Part shown: positions 13,301 through 27,775 of the stretch, one piece after another | Layout of the letters: every line of letters starts with the position of its first letter | Numbering within the stretch: the first letter of the stretch is position 1 | From: Eledone cirrhosa | Taxonomy: Eukaryota | Length of the DNA: 64,000 nt | NCBI GenBank assembly: GCA_964016885.1 | Contig: OZ024747.1 | Coordinates: forward strand, 70,494,001 to 70,558,000 | Reading direction: 5' to 3' | Made by a program: the position numbers and the translations under genes | The notes under the pieces: model-generated | The model's database searches: none | Told to the model about the DNA's origin: nothing | Seen by the model: the letters and a program-made list of their open reading frames with translations, nothing else

Positions 13301-16300
13301 AGTCTTTTTCTACAACAGTCTTTTTCTACAACAGTCTTTTTCTACAATAGTCTTTTTCTACAACAGTCTTTTTCTACAAAGTTTTTTTCTACAACAGTCT
13401 TTTTCTACAATAGTCTTTTTCTACAACAGTCTTTTTCTACAACAGTCTTTTTCTACAATAGTCTTTTTCTACAATAGTCTTTTTCTACAATAGTCTTTTT
13501 CTACAACAGTCTTTTTCTACAACAGTCTTTTTCTACAACAGTCTTTTTCTACAACAGTCTTTTTCTACAATAGTCTTTTTCTACAACAGTCTTTTTCTAC
13601 AATAGTCTTTTTCTACAACAGTCTTTTTCTACAATAGTCTTTTTCTACAACAGTCTTTTTCTACAACAGTCTTTTTCTACAACAGTCTTTTTCTACAATA
13701 GTCTTTTTCCACAACAGTCTTTTTCTACAACAGTCTTTTTCTACAACAGTCTTTTTCTACAATAGTCTTTTTCTACAACAGTCTTTTTCTACAACAGTCT
13801 TTTTCTACAACAGTCTTTTTCTACAATAGTCTTTTTCTACAACAGTCTTTTTCTACAACAGTCTTTTTCTACAACAGTCTTTTTCTACAACAGTCTTTTT
13901 CTACAACAGTCTTTTTCTACAATAGTCTTTTTCTACAACAGTCTTTTTCTACAACAGTCTTTTTCTACAACAGACTTTTTCTACAACAGTCTTTTTCTAC
14001 AACAGTCTTTTTCTACAATAGTCTTTTTCTACAACAGTCTTTTTCTACAACAGTCTTTTTCTACAACAGTCTTTTTCTACAATAGTCTTTTTCTACAATA
14101 GTCTTTTTCTACAATAGTCTTTTTCTACAACAGTCTTTTTCTACAATAGTCTTTTTCTACAACAGTCTTTTTCTACAACAGTCTTTTTCTACAACAGTTT
14201 TTTTCTACAACAGTCTTTTTCTACAATAGTCTTTTTCTACAATAGTCTTTTTCTACAATAGTCTTTTTCTACAACAGTCTTTTTCTACAATAGTCTTTTT
14301 CTACAACAGTCTTTTTCTACAACAGTCTTTTTCTACAACAGTCTTTTTTTACAACAGTCTTTTTCTACAACAGTCTTTTTCTACAACAGTCTTTTTCTAC
14401 AACAGTCTTTTTCTACAACAGTCTTTTTCTACAATAGTCTTTTTCTACAACAGTCTTTTTCTACAACAGTCTTTTTCTACAACAGTCTTTTTCTACAACA
14501 GTCTTTTTCTACAACAGTCTTTTTCTACAACAGTCTTTTTCTACAATAGTCTTTTTCTACAATAGTCTTTTTCTACAACAGTCTTTTTCTACAATAGTCT
14601 TTTTCTACAACAGTCTTTTTCTACATTAGTCTTTTTCTACAACAGTCTTTTTCTACAACAGTCTTTTTCTACAACAGTCTTTTTCTACAACAGTCTCTTT
14701 CTACAATAGTCTTTTTCTACAATAGTCTTTTTCTACAATAGTCTTTTTCTACAACAGTCTTTTTCTACAATAGTCTTTTTCTACAACAGTCTTTTTCTAC
14801 AACAGTCTTTTTCTACAATAGTCTTTTTCTACAACAGTCTTTTTCTACAACAGTCTTTTTCTACAACAGTCTTTTTCTACAATAGTCTTTTTCTACAACA
14901 GTCTTTTTCTACAATAGTCTTTTTCTACAACTGTCTTTTTCTACAATAGTCTTTTTCTACAACAGTCTTTTTCTACAAAGTTTTTTTCTACAACAGTCTT
15001 TTTCTACAATAGTCTTTTTCTACAACAGTCTTTTTCTACAACAGTCTTTTTCTACAACAGTGTTTTTCTACAATAGTCTTTTTCTACAACAGTCTTTTTC
15101 TACAACAGTCATTTTCTACAACAGTCTTTTTCTACAATAGTCTTTTTCTACAACAGTCTTTTTCTACAACAGTCTTTTTCTACAACAGTCTTTTTCTACA
15201 ACAGTCTTTTTCTACAACAGTCTTTTTCTACAATAGTCTTTTTCTACAACAGTCTTTTTCTACAACAGTCTTTTTCTACAACAGTCTTTTTCTACAACAG
15301 TCTTTTTCTACAATAGTCTTTTTCTACAACAGTCTTTTTCTACAACAGTCTTTTTCTACAACAGTCTTTTTCTACAACAGTCTTTTTCTACAATAGTCTT
15401 TTTCTACAACAGTCTTTTTCTACAAGAGTCTTTTTCTACAATAGTCTTTTTCTACAACAGTCTTTTTCTACAACAGTCTTTTTCTACAATAGTCTTTTTT
15501 CTACAACAGTCTTTTTCTACAACAGTCTTTTTCTACAACAGTCTTTTTCTACAACAGTCTTTTTCTACAACAGTCTTTTTCTACAATAGTCTTTTTCTAC
15601 AACAGTCTTTTTCTACAACAGTCTTTTTCTACAAAAGTCTTTTTCTACAACAGTCTTTTTCTACAATAGTCTTTTTCTACAACAGTCTTTTTCTACCACA
15701 GTCTTTTTCTACAATAGTCTTTTTCTACAACAGTCTTTTTCTACAACAGTCTTTTTCTACAACAGTCTTTTTCTACAACAGTCTTTTTCTACAACAGTCT
15801 TTTTCTACAACAGTCTTTTTCTACAATAGTCTTTTTCTACAACAGTCTTTTTCTACAACAGTCTTTTTCTACAATAGTCTTTTTCTACAATAGTCTTTTT
15901 CTACAACAGTCTTTTTCTACAACAGTCTTTTTCTACAACAGTCTTTTTCTACAATAGTCTTTTTCTACAATAGTCTTTTTCTACAACAGTCTTTTTCTAC
16001 AACAGTCTTTTTCTACAACAGTCTTTTTCTACAACAGTCTTTTTCTACAACAGTCTTTTTCTACAACAGTCTTTTTCTACAACAGTCTTTTTCTACAACA
16101 GTCTTTTTCTACAATAGTCTTTTTCTACAACAGTCTTTTTCTACAACAGTCTTTTTCTACAATAGTCTTTTTCTACAATAGTCTTTTTCTACAACAGTCT
16201 TTTTCTACAACAGTCTTTTTCTACAACAGTCTTTTTCTACAACAGTCTTTTTCTACAATAGTCTTTTTCTACAACAGTCTTTTTCTACAACAGTCTTTTT

Positions 16301-19300
16301 CTACAACAGTCTTTTTCTACAACAGTCTTTTTCTACAACAGTCTTTTTCTACAACAGTCTTTTTCTACAACAGTCTTTTTCTACAACAGTCTTTTTCTAC
16401 AACAGTCTTTTTCTACAATAGTCTTTTTCTACAATAGTCTTTTTCTACAATAGTCTTTTTCTACAACAGTCTTTTTCTACAATAGTCTTTTTCTACAACA
16501 GTCTTTTTCTACAACAGTCTTTTTCTACAATAGTCTTTTTCTACAATAGTCTTTTTCTACAATAGTCTTTTTCTACAACAGTCTTTTTCTACAATAGTCT
16601 TTTTCTACAACAGTCTTTTTCTACAACAGTCTTTTTCTACAACAGTCTTTTTCTACAACAGTCTTTTTCTACAATAGTCTTTTTCTACAACAGTCTTTTT
16701 CTACAACAGTCTTTTTCTACAACAGTCTTTTTCTACAACAGTCTTTTTCTACAACAGTCTTTTTCTACAACAGTCTTTTTCTACAATAGTCTTTTTCTAC
16801 AACAGTCTTTTTCTACAACAGTCTTTTTCTACAACAGTCTTTTTCTACAATAGTCTTTTTCTACAACAGTCTTTTTCTACAATAGTCTTTTTCTACAACA
16901 GTCTTTTTCTACAACAGTCTTTTTCTACAACAGTCTTTTTCTACAATAGTCTTTTTCTACAACAGTCTTTTTCTACAACAGTCTTTTTCTACAACAGTCT
17001 TTTTCTACAATAGTCTTTTTCTACAATAGTCTTTTTCTACAATAGTCTTTTTCTACAACAGTCTTTTTCTACAACAGTCTTTTTCTACAACAGTCTTTTT
17101 CTACAATAGTCTTTTTCTACAATAGTCTTTTTCTACAACAGTCTTTTTCTACAACAGTCTTTTTCTACAACAGTCTTTTTCTACAACAGTCTTTTTCTAC
17201 AACAGTCTTTTTCTACAACAGTCTTTTTCTACAATAGTCTTTTTCTACAATAGTCTTTTTCTACAACAGTCTTTTTCTACAATAGTCTTTTTCTACAACA
17301 GTCTTTTTCTACATTAGTCTTTTTCTACAACAGTCTTTTTCTACAACAGTCTTTTTCTACAATAGTCTTTTTCTACAATAGTCTTTTTCTACAACAGTCT
17401 TTTTCTACAACAGTCTTTTTCTACAACAGTCTTTTTCTACAATAGTCTTTTTCTACAATAGTCTTTTTCTACAACAGTCTTTTTCTACAACAGTCTTTTT
17501 CTACAATAGTCTTTTTCTACAACAGTCTTTTTCTACAACAGTCTTTTTCTACAACAGTCTTTTTCTACAACAGTCTTTTTCTACAACAGTCTTTTTCTAC
17601 AATAGTCTTTTTCTACAATAGTCTTTTTCTACAACAGTCTTTTTCTACAACAGTCTTTTTCTACAACAGTCTTTTTCTACAATAGTCTTTTTCTACAACA
17701 GTCTTTTTCTACAACAGTCTTTTTCTACAACAGTCTTTTTCTACAACAGTCTTTTTCTACAACAGTCTTTTTCTACAACAGTCTTTTTCTACAATAGTCT
17801 TTTTCTACAACAGTCTTTTTCTACAACAGTCTTTTTCTACAACAGTCTTTTTCTACAACAGTCTTTTTCTACAACAGTCTTTTTCTACAATAGTCTTTTT
17901 CTACAACAGTCTTTTTCTACAACAGTCTTTTTCTACAATAGTCTTTTTCTACAATAGTCTTTTTCTACAACAGTCTTTTTCTACAACAGTCTTTTTCTAC
18001 AACAGTCTTTTTCTACAATAGTCTTTTTCTACAATAGTCTTTTTCTACAACAGTCTTTTTCTACAACAGTCTTTTTCTACAACAGTCTTTTTCTACAACA
18101 GTCTTTTTCTACAACAGTCTTTTTCTACAACAGTCTTTTTCTACAATAGTCTTTTTCTACAACAGTCTTTTTCTACAACAGTCTTTTTCTACAACAGTCT
18201 TTTTCTACAATAGTCTTTTTCTACAACAGTCTTTTTCTACAACAGTCTTTTTCTACAACAGTCTTTTTCTACAACAGTCTTTTTCTACAACAGTCTTTTT
18301 CTACAACAGTCTTTTCTACAACAGTCTTTTTCTACAATAGTCTTTTTCTACAACAGTCTTTTTCTACCACAGTCTTTTTCTACAATAGTCTTTTTCTACA
18401 ACAGTCCTTTTTCTACAACAGTCTTTTTCTACAACAGTCTTTTTCTACAACAGTCTTTTTCTACAACAGTCTTTTTCTACAACAGTCTTTTTCTACAATA
18501 GTCTTTTTCTACAACAGTCTTTTTCTACAACAGTCTTTTTCTACAATAGTCTTTTTCTACAATAGTCTTTTTCTACAACAGTCTTTTTCTACAACAGTCT
18601 TTTTCTACAACAGTCTTTTCTACAATAGTCTTTTTCTACAATAGTCTTTTTCTACAACAGTCTTTTTCTACAACAGTCTTTTTCTACAACAGTCTTTTTC
18701 TACAACAGTCTTTTTCTACAACAGTCTTTTTCTACAACAGTCTTTTTCTACAACAGTCTTTTTCTACAACAGTCTTTTTCTACAATAGTTCTTTTTCTAC
18801 AACAGTCTTTTTTCTACAACAGTCTTTTTCTACAATAGTCTTTTTCTACAATAGTCTTTTTCTACAACAGTCAGTCTTTTTCTACAACAGTCTTTTTCTA
18901 CAACAGTCCTTTTTCTACAACAGTCTTTTCTACACAGTCTTTTTCTACAATAGTCTTTTTCTACAACAGTCTTTTTCTACAACAGTCTTTTTCTACAACA
19001 GTCTTTTTCTACAATAGTCTTTTTCTACAACAGTCTTTTTCTACAACAGTCTTTTTCTACAACAGTCTTTTTCTACAACAGTCTTTTTCTACAACAGTCT
19101 TTTTCTACAACAGTCTTTTTCTACAATAGTCTTTTTCTACAACAGTCTTTTTCTACAACAGTCTTTTTCTACAACAGTCTTTTTCTACAATAGTCTTTTT
19201 CTACAACAGTCTTTTTCTACAACAGTCTTTTTCTACAACAGTCTTTTTCTACAACAGTCTTTTTCTACAACAGTCTTTTTCTACAACAGTCTTTTTCTAC

Positions 19301-22300
19301 AATAGTCTTTTTCTACAACAGTCTTTTTCTACAACAGTCTTTTTCTACAACAGTCTTTTTCTACAACAGTCTTTTTCTACAACAGTCTCTTTTTCTACAA
19401 CAGTCTTTTTCTACAACAGTCTTTTTCTACAACAGTCTTTTTCTACAACAGTCTTTTTCTACAATAGTCTTTTTCTACAACAGTCTTTTTCTACAACAGT
19501 CTTTTTCTACAACAGTCTTTTTCTACAACAGTCTTTTTTCTACAACAGTCTTTTTCTACAACAGTCTTTTTCTACAACAGTCTTTTTCTACAATAGTCTT
19601 TTTCTACAACAGTCTTTTTCTACAACAGTCTTTTTCTACAATAGTCTTTTTCTACAATAGTCTTTTTCTACAACAGTCTTTTTCTACAACAGTCTTTTTC
19701 TACAACAGTCTTTTTCTACAACAGTCTTTTTCTACAATAGTCTTTTTCTACAACAGTCTTTTTCTACAACAGTCTTTTTCTACAACAGTCTTTTTCTACA
19801 ACAGTCTTTTTCTACAACAGTCTTTTTCTACAACAGTCTTTTTCTACAATAGTCTTTTTCTACAACAGTCTTTTTCTACAACAGTCTTTTTCTACAACTA
19901 GTCTTTTTCTACAATAGTCTTTTTCTACAACAGTCTTTTTCTACAACAGTCTTTTTCTACAACAGTCTTTTTCTACAACAGTCTTTTTCTACAACAGTCT
20001 TTTTCTACAACAGTCTTTTTCTACAATAGTCTTTTTCTACAACAGTCTTTTTCTACAACAGTCTTTTTCTACAATAGTCTTTTTCTACAACAGTCTTTTT
20101 CTACAACAGTCTTTTTCTACAACAGTCTTTTTCTACAATAGTCTTTTTCTACAACAGTCTTTTTCTACAACAGTCTTTTTCTACAATAGTCTTTTTCTAC
20201 AACAGTCTTTTTCTACAACAGTCCTTTTTCTACAACAGTCTTTTTCTACAATAGTCTTTTTCTACAACAGTCTTTTTCTACAACAGTCTTTTTCTACAAC
20301 AGTCTTTTTCTACAACAGTCTTTTTCTACAACAGTCTTTTTCTACAACAGTCTTTTTCTACAACAGTCTTTTTCTACAACAGTCTTTTTCTACAACAGTC
20401 TTTTTCTACAACAGTCTTTTTCTACAACAGTCTTTTTCTACAACAGTCTTTTTCTACAACAGTCTTTTTCTACAACAGTCTTTTTCTACAACAGTCTTTT
20501 TCTACAACAGTCTTTTTCTACAACAGTCTTTTTCTACAACAGTCTTTTCTACAACAGTCTTTTTCTACAACAGTCTTTTTCTACAACAGTCTTTTTCTAC
20601 AACAGTCTTTTTCTACAACAGTCTTTTTCTACAATCAGTCTTTTTCTACAACAGTCTTTTTCTACAACAGTCTTTTTCTACAACAGTCTTTTTCTACAAC
20701 AGTCTTTTTCTACAACAGTCTTTTCTACAATAGTCTTTTTCTACAACAGTCTTTTTCTACAACAGTCTTTTTCTACAACAGTCTTTTTCTACAACAGTCT
20801 TTTTCTACAACAGTCTTTTTCTACAACAGTCTTTTTCTACAACAGTCTTTTTCTACAACAGTCTTTTTCTACAACAGTCTTTTTTCTACAACAGTCTTTT
20901 TCTACAATAGTCTTTTTCTACAACAGTCTTTTTCTACAACAGTCTTTTTCTACAACAGTCTTTTTCTACAACAGTCTTTTTCTACAACAGTCTTTTTCTA
21001 CAACAGTCTTTTTCTACAATAGTCTTTTTCTACAACAGTCTTTTTCTACAACAGTCTTTTTCTACAATAGTCTTTTTCTACAACAGTCTTTTTCTACAAC
21101 AGTCTTTTTCTACAACAGTCTTTTTCTACAACAGTCTTTTTCTACAACAGTCTTTTTCTACAACAGTCTTTTTCTACAACAGTCTTTTTCTACAACAGTC
21201 TTTTTCTACAACAGTCTTTTTCTACAATAGTCTTTTTCTACAACAGTCCTTTTTCTACAACAGTCTTTTTCTACAACAGTCTTTTTCTACAACAGTCTTT
21301 TTCTACAACAGTCTTTTTCTACAACAGTCTTTTTCTACAACAGTCTTTTTCTACAACAGTCTTTTTCTACAACAGTCTTTTTCTACAACAGTCTTTTTCT
21401 ACAACAGTCTTTTTCTACAATAGTCTTTTTCTACAATAGTCTTTTTCTACAACAGTCTTTTTCTACAACAGTCTTTTTCTACAACAGTCTTTTTCTACAA
21501 CAGTCTTTTTCTACAACAGTCTTTTTCTACAACTAGTCTTTTTCTACAACAGTCTTTTTCTACAACAGTCTTTTTCTACAACAGTCTTTTTCTACAACAG
21601 TCTTTTTCTACAACAGTCTTTTTCTACAACAGTCTTTTTCTACAACAGTCTTTTTCTACAACAGTCTTTTCTACAACAGTCTTTTTCTACAACAGTCTTT
21701 TTCTACAACAGTCTTTTTCTACAACAGTCTTTTTCTACAATAGTCTTTTTCTACAACAGTCTTTTTCTACAACAGTCTTTTTCTACAACAGTCTTTTCTA
21801 CAACAGTCTTTTTCTACAACAGTCTTTTTCTACAACAGTCTTTTTCTACAACAGTCTTTTTCTACAACAGTCTTTTTCTACAACAGTCTTTTTCTACAAT
21901 AGTCTTTTTCTACAACAGTCTTTTTCTACAACAGTCTTTTTCTACAATAGTCTTTTTCTACAACAGTCTTTTTCTACAACAGTCTTTTTCTACAACAGTC
22001 TTTTTCTACAAACAGTCTTTTTCTACAACAGTCTTTTTCTACAATAGTCTTTTTCTACAACAGTCTTTTTCTACAACAGTCTTTTTCTACAACAGTCTTT
22101 TTCTACAACTAGTCTTTTTCTACAACAGTCTTTTTCTACAACAGTCTTTTTCTACAACAGTCTTTTTCTACAACAGTCTTTTTCTACAACAGTCTTTTTC
22201 TACAATAGTCTTTTTCTACAACAGTCTTTTTCTACAACAGTCTTTTTCTACAATAGTCTTTTTCTACAAAGTCTTTCTACAAGTCTTTTTCTACAACAGT

Positions 22301-25300
22301 CTTTTTCTACAACAGTCTTTTTCTACAACAGTCTTTTTCTACAACAGTCTTTTTCTACAACAGTCTTTTTCTACAACAGTCTTTTTCTACAACAGTCTTT
22401 TTCTACAACAGTCTTTTTCTACAATAGTCTTTTTCTACAACAGTCTTTTTCTACAACAGTCTTTTTCTACAACAGTCTTTTTCTACAACAGTCTTTTTCT
22501 ACAACAGTCTTTTTTCTACAACAGTCTTTTTCTACAACAGTCTTTTTCTACAACAGTCTTTTTCTACAATAGTCTTTTTCTACAACAGTCTTTTTCTACA
22601 ACAGTCTTTTCTACAATAGTCTTTTTCTACAACAGTCTTTTTCTACAACAGTCTTTTTCTACAACAGTCTTTTTCTACAACAGTCTTTTTCTACAACAGT
22701 CTTTTTCTACAAAGTCTTTTTCTACAACAGTCTTTTTCTACAACAGTCTTTTCTACAACAGTCTTTTTCTACAATAGTCTTTTTCTACAACAGTCTTTTT
22801 CTACAACAGTCTTTTTCTACAACAGTCTTTTTCTACAACAGTCTTTTTCTACAACAGTCTTTTTCTACAATAGTCTTTTTCTACAACAGTCTTTTTCTAC
22901 AACAGTCTTTTTCTACAATAGTCTTTTTCTACAATAGTCTTTTTCTACAACAGTCTTTTTCTACAACAGTCTTTTTCTACAACAGTCTTTTTCTACAACA
23001 GTCTTTTTCTACAACAGTCTTTTTCTACAACAGTCTTTTTCTACAACAGTCTTTTTCTACAACAGTCTTTTTCTACAATAGTCTTTTTCTACAACAGTCT
23101 TTTTCTACAACAGTCTTTTTTCTACAACAGTCTTTTTCTACAACAGTCTTTTTCTACAACAGTCTTTTTCTACAATAGTCTTTTTCTACAACAGTCTTTT
23201 TCTACAACAGTCTTTTTCTACAATAGTCTTTTTCTACAATAGTCTTTTTCTACAACAGTCTTTTTCTACAACAGTCTTTTTCTACAACAGTCTTTTTCTA
23301 CAATAGTCTTTTTCTACAACAGTCTTTTTCTACAACAGTCTTTTTCTACAACAGTCTTTTTCTACAACAGTCTTTTTCTACAACAGTCTTTTTCTACAAC
23401 AGTCTTTTTCTACAACAGTCTTTTTCTACAACAGTCTTTTTCTACAACAGTCTTTTTCTACAACAGTCTTTTTCTACAACAGTCTTTTTCTACAACAGTC
23501 TTTTTCTACAACAGTCTTTTTCTACAACAGTCTTTTTCTACAACAGTCTTTTTCTACAACAGTCTTTTTCTACAACAGTCTTTTTCTACAACAGTCTTTT
23601 TCTACAATAGTCTTTTTCTACAACAGTCTTTTTCTACAACAGTCTTTTTCTACAACAGTCTTTTTCTACAACAGTCTTTTTCTACAACAGTCTTTTTCTA
23701 CAACAGTCTTTTTCTACAACAGTCTTTTTCTACAACAGTCTTTTTCTACAATAGTCTTTTTCTACAACAGTCTTTTTCTACAACAGTCTTTTTCTACAAT
23801 AGTCTTTTTCTACAACAGTCTTTTTCTACAACAGTCTTTTTCTACAACAGTCTTTTTCTACAACAGTCTTTTTCTACAACAGTCTTTTTCTACAACAGTC
23901 TTTTTCTACAACAGTCTTTTTCTACAACAGTCTTTTTCTACAATAGTCTTTTCTACAACAGTCTTTTTCTACAACAGTCTTTTTCTACAATAGTCTTTTT
24001 CTACAATAGTCTTTTTCTACAACACGTCTTTTTCTACAACAGTCTTTTTCTACAACAGTCTTTTTCTACAACAGTCTTTTTCTACAACAGTCTTTTTCTA
24101 CAACAGTCTTTTTCTACAACAGTCTTTTTCTACAATAGTCTTTTTCTACAACAGTCTTTTCTACAACAGTCTTTTTCCTACAACAGTCTTTTTCTACAAC
24201 AGTCTTTTTTCTACAACAGTCTTTTTCTACAACAGTCTTTTTCTACAACAGTCTTTTTCTACAATAGTCTTTTTCTACAACCGTCTTTTTCTACAACAGT
24301 CTTTTCTACAACAGTCTTTTTCTACAACAGTCTTTTTTCTACAACAGTCTTTTTCTACAACAGTCTTTTTCTACAACAGTCTTTTTCTAACAACAGTCTT
24401 TTTCTACAATAGTCTTTTTCTACAACAGTCTTTTTCTACAACAGTCTTTTTCTACAATAGTCCTTTTCTACAACAGTCTTTTTCTACAACAGTCTTTTTC
24501 TACAACAGTCTTTTTCTACAACAGTCTTTTTCTACAACAGTCTTTTTCTACAATAGTCTTTTTCTACAACAGTCTTTTCTACAACAGTCTTTTTCTACAA
24601 TAGTCTTTTTCTACAACAGTCTTTTTCTACAACAGTCTTTTTCTACAACAGTCTTTTTCTACAACAGTCTTTTTCTACAACAGTCTTTTTCTACAACAGT
24701 CTTTTTCTACAATAGTCTTTTTCTACAACAGTCTTTTTCTACAACAGTCTTTTTCTACAATAGTCTTTTTCTACAATAGTCTTTTTCTACAACAGTCTTT
24801 TTCTACAACAGTCTTTTTCTACAACAGTCTTTTTCTACAACAGTCTTTTTCTACAATAGTCTTTTTCTACAACAGACTTTTTCTACAACAGTCTTTTTCT
24901 ACAATAGTCTTTTTCTACAATAGTCTTTTTCTACAACAGTCTTTTTCTACAACAGTCTTTTTCTACAACAGTCTTTTTCTACAACAGTCTTTTTCTACAA
25001 CAGTCTTTTTCTACAATAGTCTTTTTCTACAACAGTCTTTTTCTACAACAGTCTTTTTCTACAATAGTCTTTTTCTACAATAGTCTTTTTCTACAACAGT
25101 CTTTTTCTACAACAGTCTTTTTCTACAATAGTCTTTTTCTACAATAGTCTTTTTCTACAACAGTCTTTTTCTACAACAGTCTTTTTCTACAACAGTCTTT
25201 TTCTACAACAGTCTTTTTCTACAACAGTCTTTTTCTACAACAGTCTTTTTCTACAACAGACTTTTTCTACAACAGTCTTTTTCTACAATAGTCTTTTTCT

Positions 25301-26236
25301 ACAACAGTCTTTTTCTACAACAGTCTTTTTCTACAACAGTCTTTTTCTACAACAGTCTTTTTCTACAACAGTCTTTTTCTACAACAGTCTTTTTCTACAA
25401 TAGTCTTTTTCTACAACAGTCTTTTTCTACAACAGTCTTTTTCTACAATAGTCTTTTTCTACAATAGTCTTTTTCCACAACAGTCTTTTTCTACAACAGT
25501 CTTTTTCTACAACAGTCTTTTTCTACAACAGTCTTTTTCTACAACAGTCTTTTTCTACAACAGTCTTTTTCTACAACAGTCTTTTTCTACAATAGTCTTT
25601 TTCTACAACAGTCTTTTTCTACAACAGTCTTTTTCTACAATAGTCTTTTTCTACAATAGTCTTTTTCTACAACAGTTTTTTTCTACAACAGTCTTTTTCT
25701 ACAACAGTCTTTTTCTACAACAGTCTTTTTCTACAACAGTCTTTTTCTACAACAGTCTTTTTCTACAACAGTCTTTTTCTACAATAGTCTTTTTCTACAA
25801 CAGTCTTTTTCTACAACAGTCTTTTTCTACAATAGTCTTTTTCTACAATAGTCTTTTTCTACAACACTCTTTTTCTACAACAGTCTTTTTCTACAACAGT
25901 CTTTTTCTACAACAGTCTTTTTCTACAACAGTCTTTTTCTACAACAGTCTTTTTCTACAACAGTCTTTTTCTACAATAGTCTTTTTCTACAACAGTCTTT
26001 TTCTACAACAGTCTTTTTCTACAACAGTCTTTTTCTACAACAGTCTTTTTCTACAACAGTCTTTTTCTACAACAGTCTTTTTCTACAACAGTCTTTTTCT
26101 ACAATAGTCTTTTTCTACAACAGTCTTTTTCTACAACAGTCTTTTTCTACAATAGTCTTTTTCTACAACAGTCTTTTTCTACAATAGTCTTTTTCTACAA
26201 CAGTCTTTTTCTACAACAGTCTTTTTCTACAACAGT
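7353..26236. repeat. ~18.9-kb tandem array of a 16-bp unit YAGTCTTTTTCTACAA (~1,180 copies)
   Basis: Five units per 80 bp throughout, with sharp boundaries at both ends. The dominant variation is C/T at one position; other variants are rare. Confidence 0.99.
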
Positions 26237-27589
26237 TTGTAGCTGAGCGGCAAAATGATCTATCATACACTTCAACGCATTTAGTAGAGTTTTCCACATC
26301 CATATCGTTTTATATATTTCTTTTTATTATCTCATTTTGTCCATATTTTCGCCATTACAAATTTCATTTTTTAAGTTCCTTTTCGCAAATTCTATATTTC
26401 TAATATTCACACTTATATGACCACAGAACTTATATCATTCAACAAGTATTTATATTGAGTTCAGTATATTAATGTTACTTCAGTTATAGAACATTGAAGG
26501 AATGAAAACCACAGATATCATCTATGGGATGTGAATTCAAAATATAACAGGACGATACAAGGCATTATATTTAATACGATGCTCTACTTATTTTGCCATA
26601 TATCTCCCCTTTTAACATTACATTTTAACATAAAATATTTATCATCGTTTTTACTGTAAATTTTCTGACAGCGCTTTCATTTATTACCTCTTGTAACGTA
26701 ATTATTCTTTATTTTTCTCACTGATATTTTCTTCGTGTTTTAAGCAATGTGAGAATCTTATTGAAGCATCATTATGCAAATATTGTATTTACTTCACCGT
26801 CGGAGGAATCTCCTAAAACTTCCATCTATTTACAACACCTTTCTGGCAAATAAAGAACATCGATTATCTTATGCTCTTTTTATTAGAGACCTATCAATTT
26901 ATTAAACTGCCATATTGCATTTTATAGAAGATATTGATCATAGGCAGAGAATCCATTGAATAAAGCATCCCACATTTGTTTATGCAACTTAGCCAAATAT
27001 TTTCAACTAATCAGATTTTTACTCACCAATCAACTGTTTTGTCGTTCATAACCACTGTTTCATCATTTATCATTTTCTTATTTAATACTATCCTTTTACA
27101 TTTGTTCTGCATTCTGGGAAAGATTTTTGTCAAATATTTTCAGCAAAGATTAAACCATGGGTATATAAACAAAATATGAAGAGATGAAACAGAGAAAGAT
27201 TAATGTACTTATCGAATAAAGAAATTTTACTTTTGTTGATTCGATAATCAGAGGTATGTATAAAAGGAATGTTTGTAATGTCGCATTTGAAAGAAGAATT
27301 TTATTGTATTTATGTAAAGAAGCTAGATCCTACAGAACTATTGAACTTGTTATTTGTCTAAAATTTTATTCAAGGCTTTGCTATTTTGGGTGGATTTGTT
27401 CGAACATTCTCAATAAAACTATTTCAAGAAATACGTATATATTTTCTAATATAAATATTCTTTTCTTGCTTAAATTGAACAGTTGTATCCCTTAACTAAT
27501 AAGGGAATTGTTAATATTAGATTTCTAATGTAATGTTGTGGGTCGTCGGAAAAACCTTTGCAGTGGATAGTCTGAAAGGTGGATAGTCT

Positions 27590-27775
27590 GCACACATTAA
27601 CCGGGCTCTCTACTATCAAGGCATGGCTCCTTGTGATTTCTTTGAAAGCCGGGATTATATCAACGAGACTGCGATGGCGATGCAGAAAGTCCTCTGGAAG
27701 AAGGATTCCAGGTATGCTTCGGACAGTGGACGGATCGCTGGGGCTAAAGTGTAGCGGGAGGGATTACCAATTGAA
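27590..27775 (+). mobile_element. Mariner (Tc1/mariner) transposase C-terminal remnant
   Basis: TAC TAT CAA GGC ATG GCT CCT TGT GAT TTC TTT = YYQGMAPCDFF, a decayed YSPDLAPxDF motif. It is followed by EGFQVCFGQWTDRW..KC...DY, matching the mariner C-terminus F..W..RW.KC....G.Y. Confidence 0.7.

Noticed and set aside
7353-26236. CRISPR array or repetitive protein-coding gene (LFLQQSFSTTVFFYNS)n
   Set aside because: There are no unique spacers and no cas genes, and the context is eukaryotic. T-variant units create TAG stops on the plus strand, and every unit carries TAG on the minus strand.
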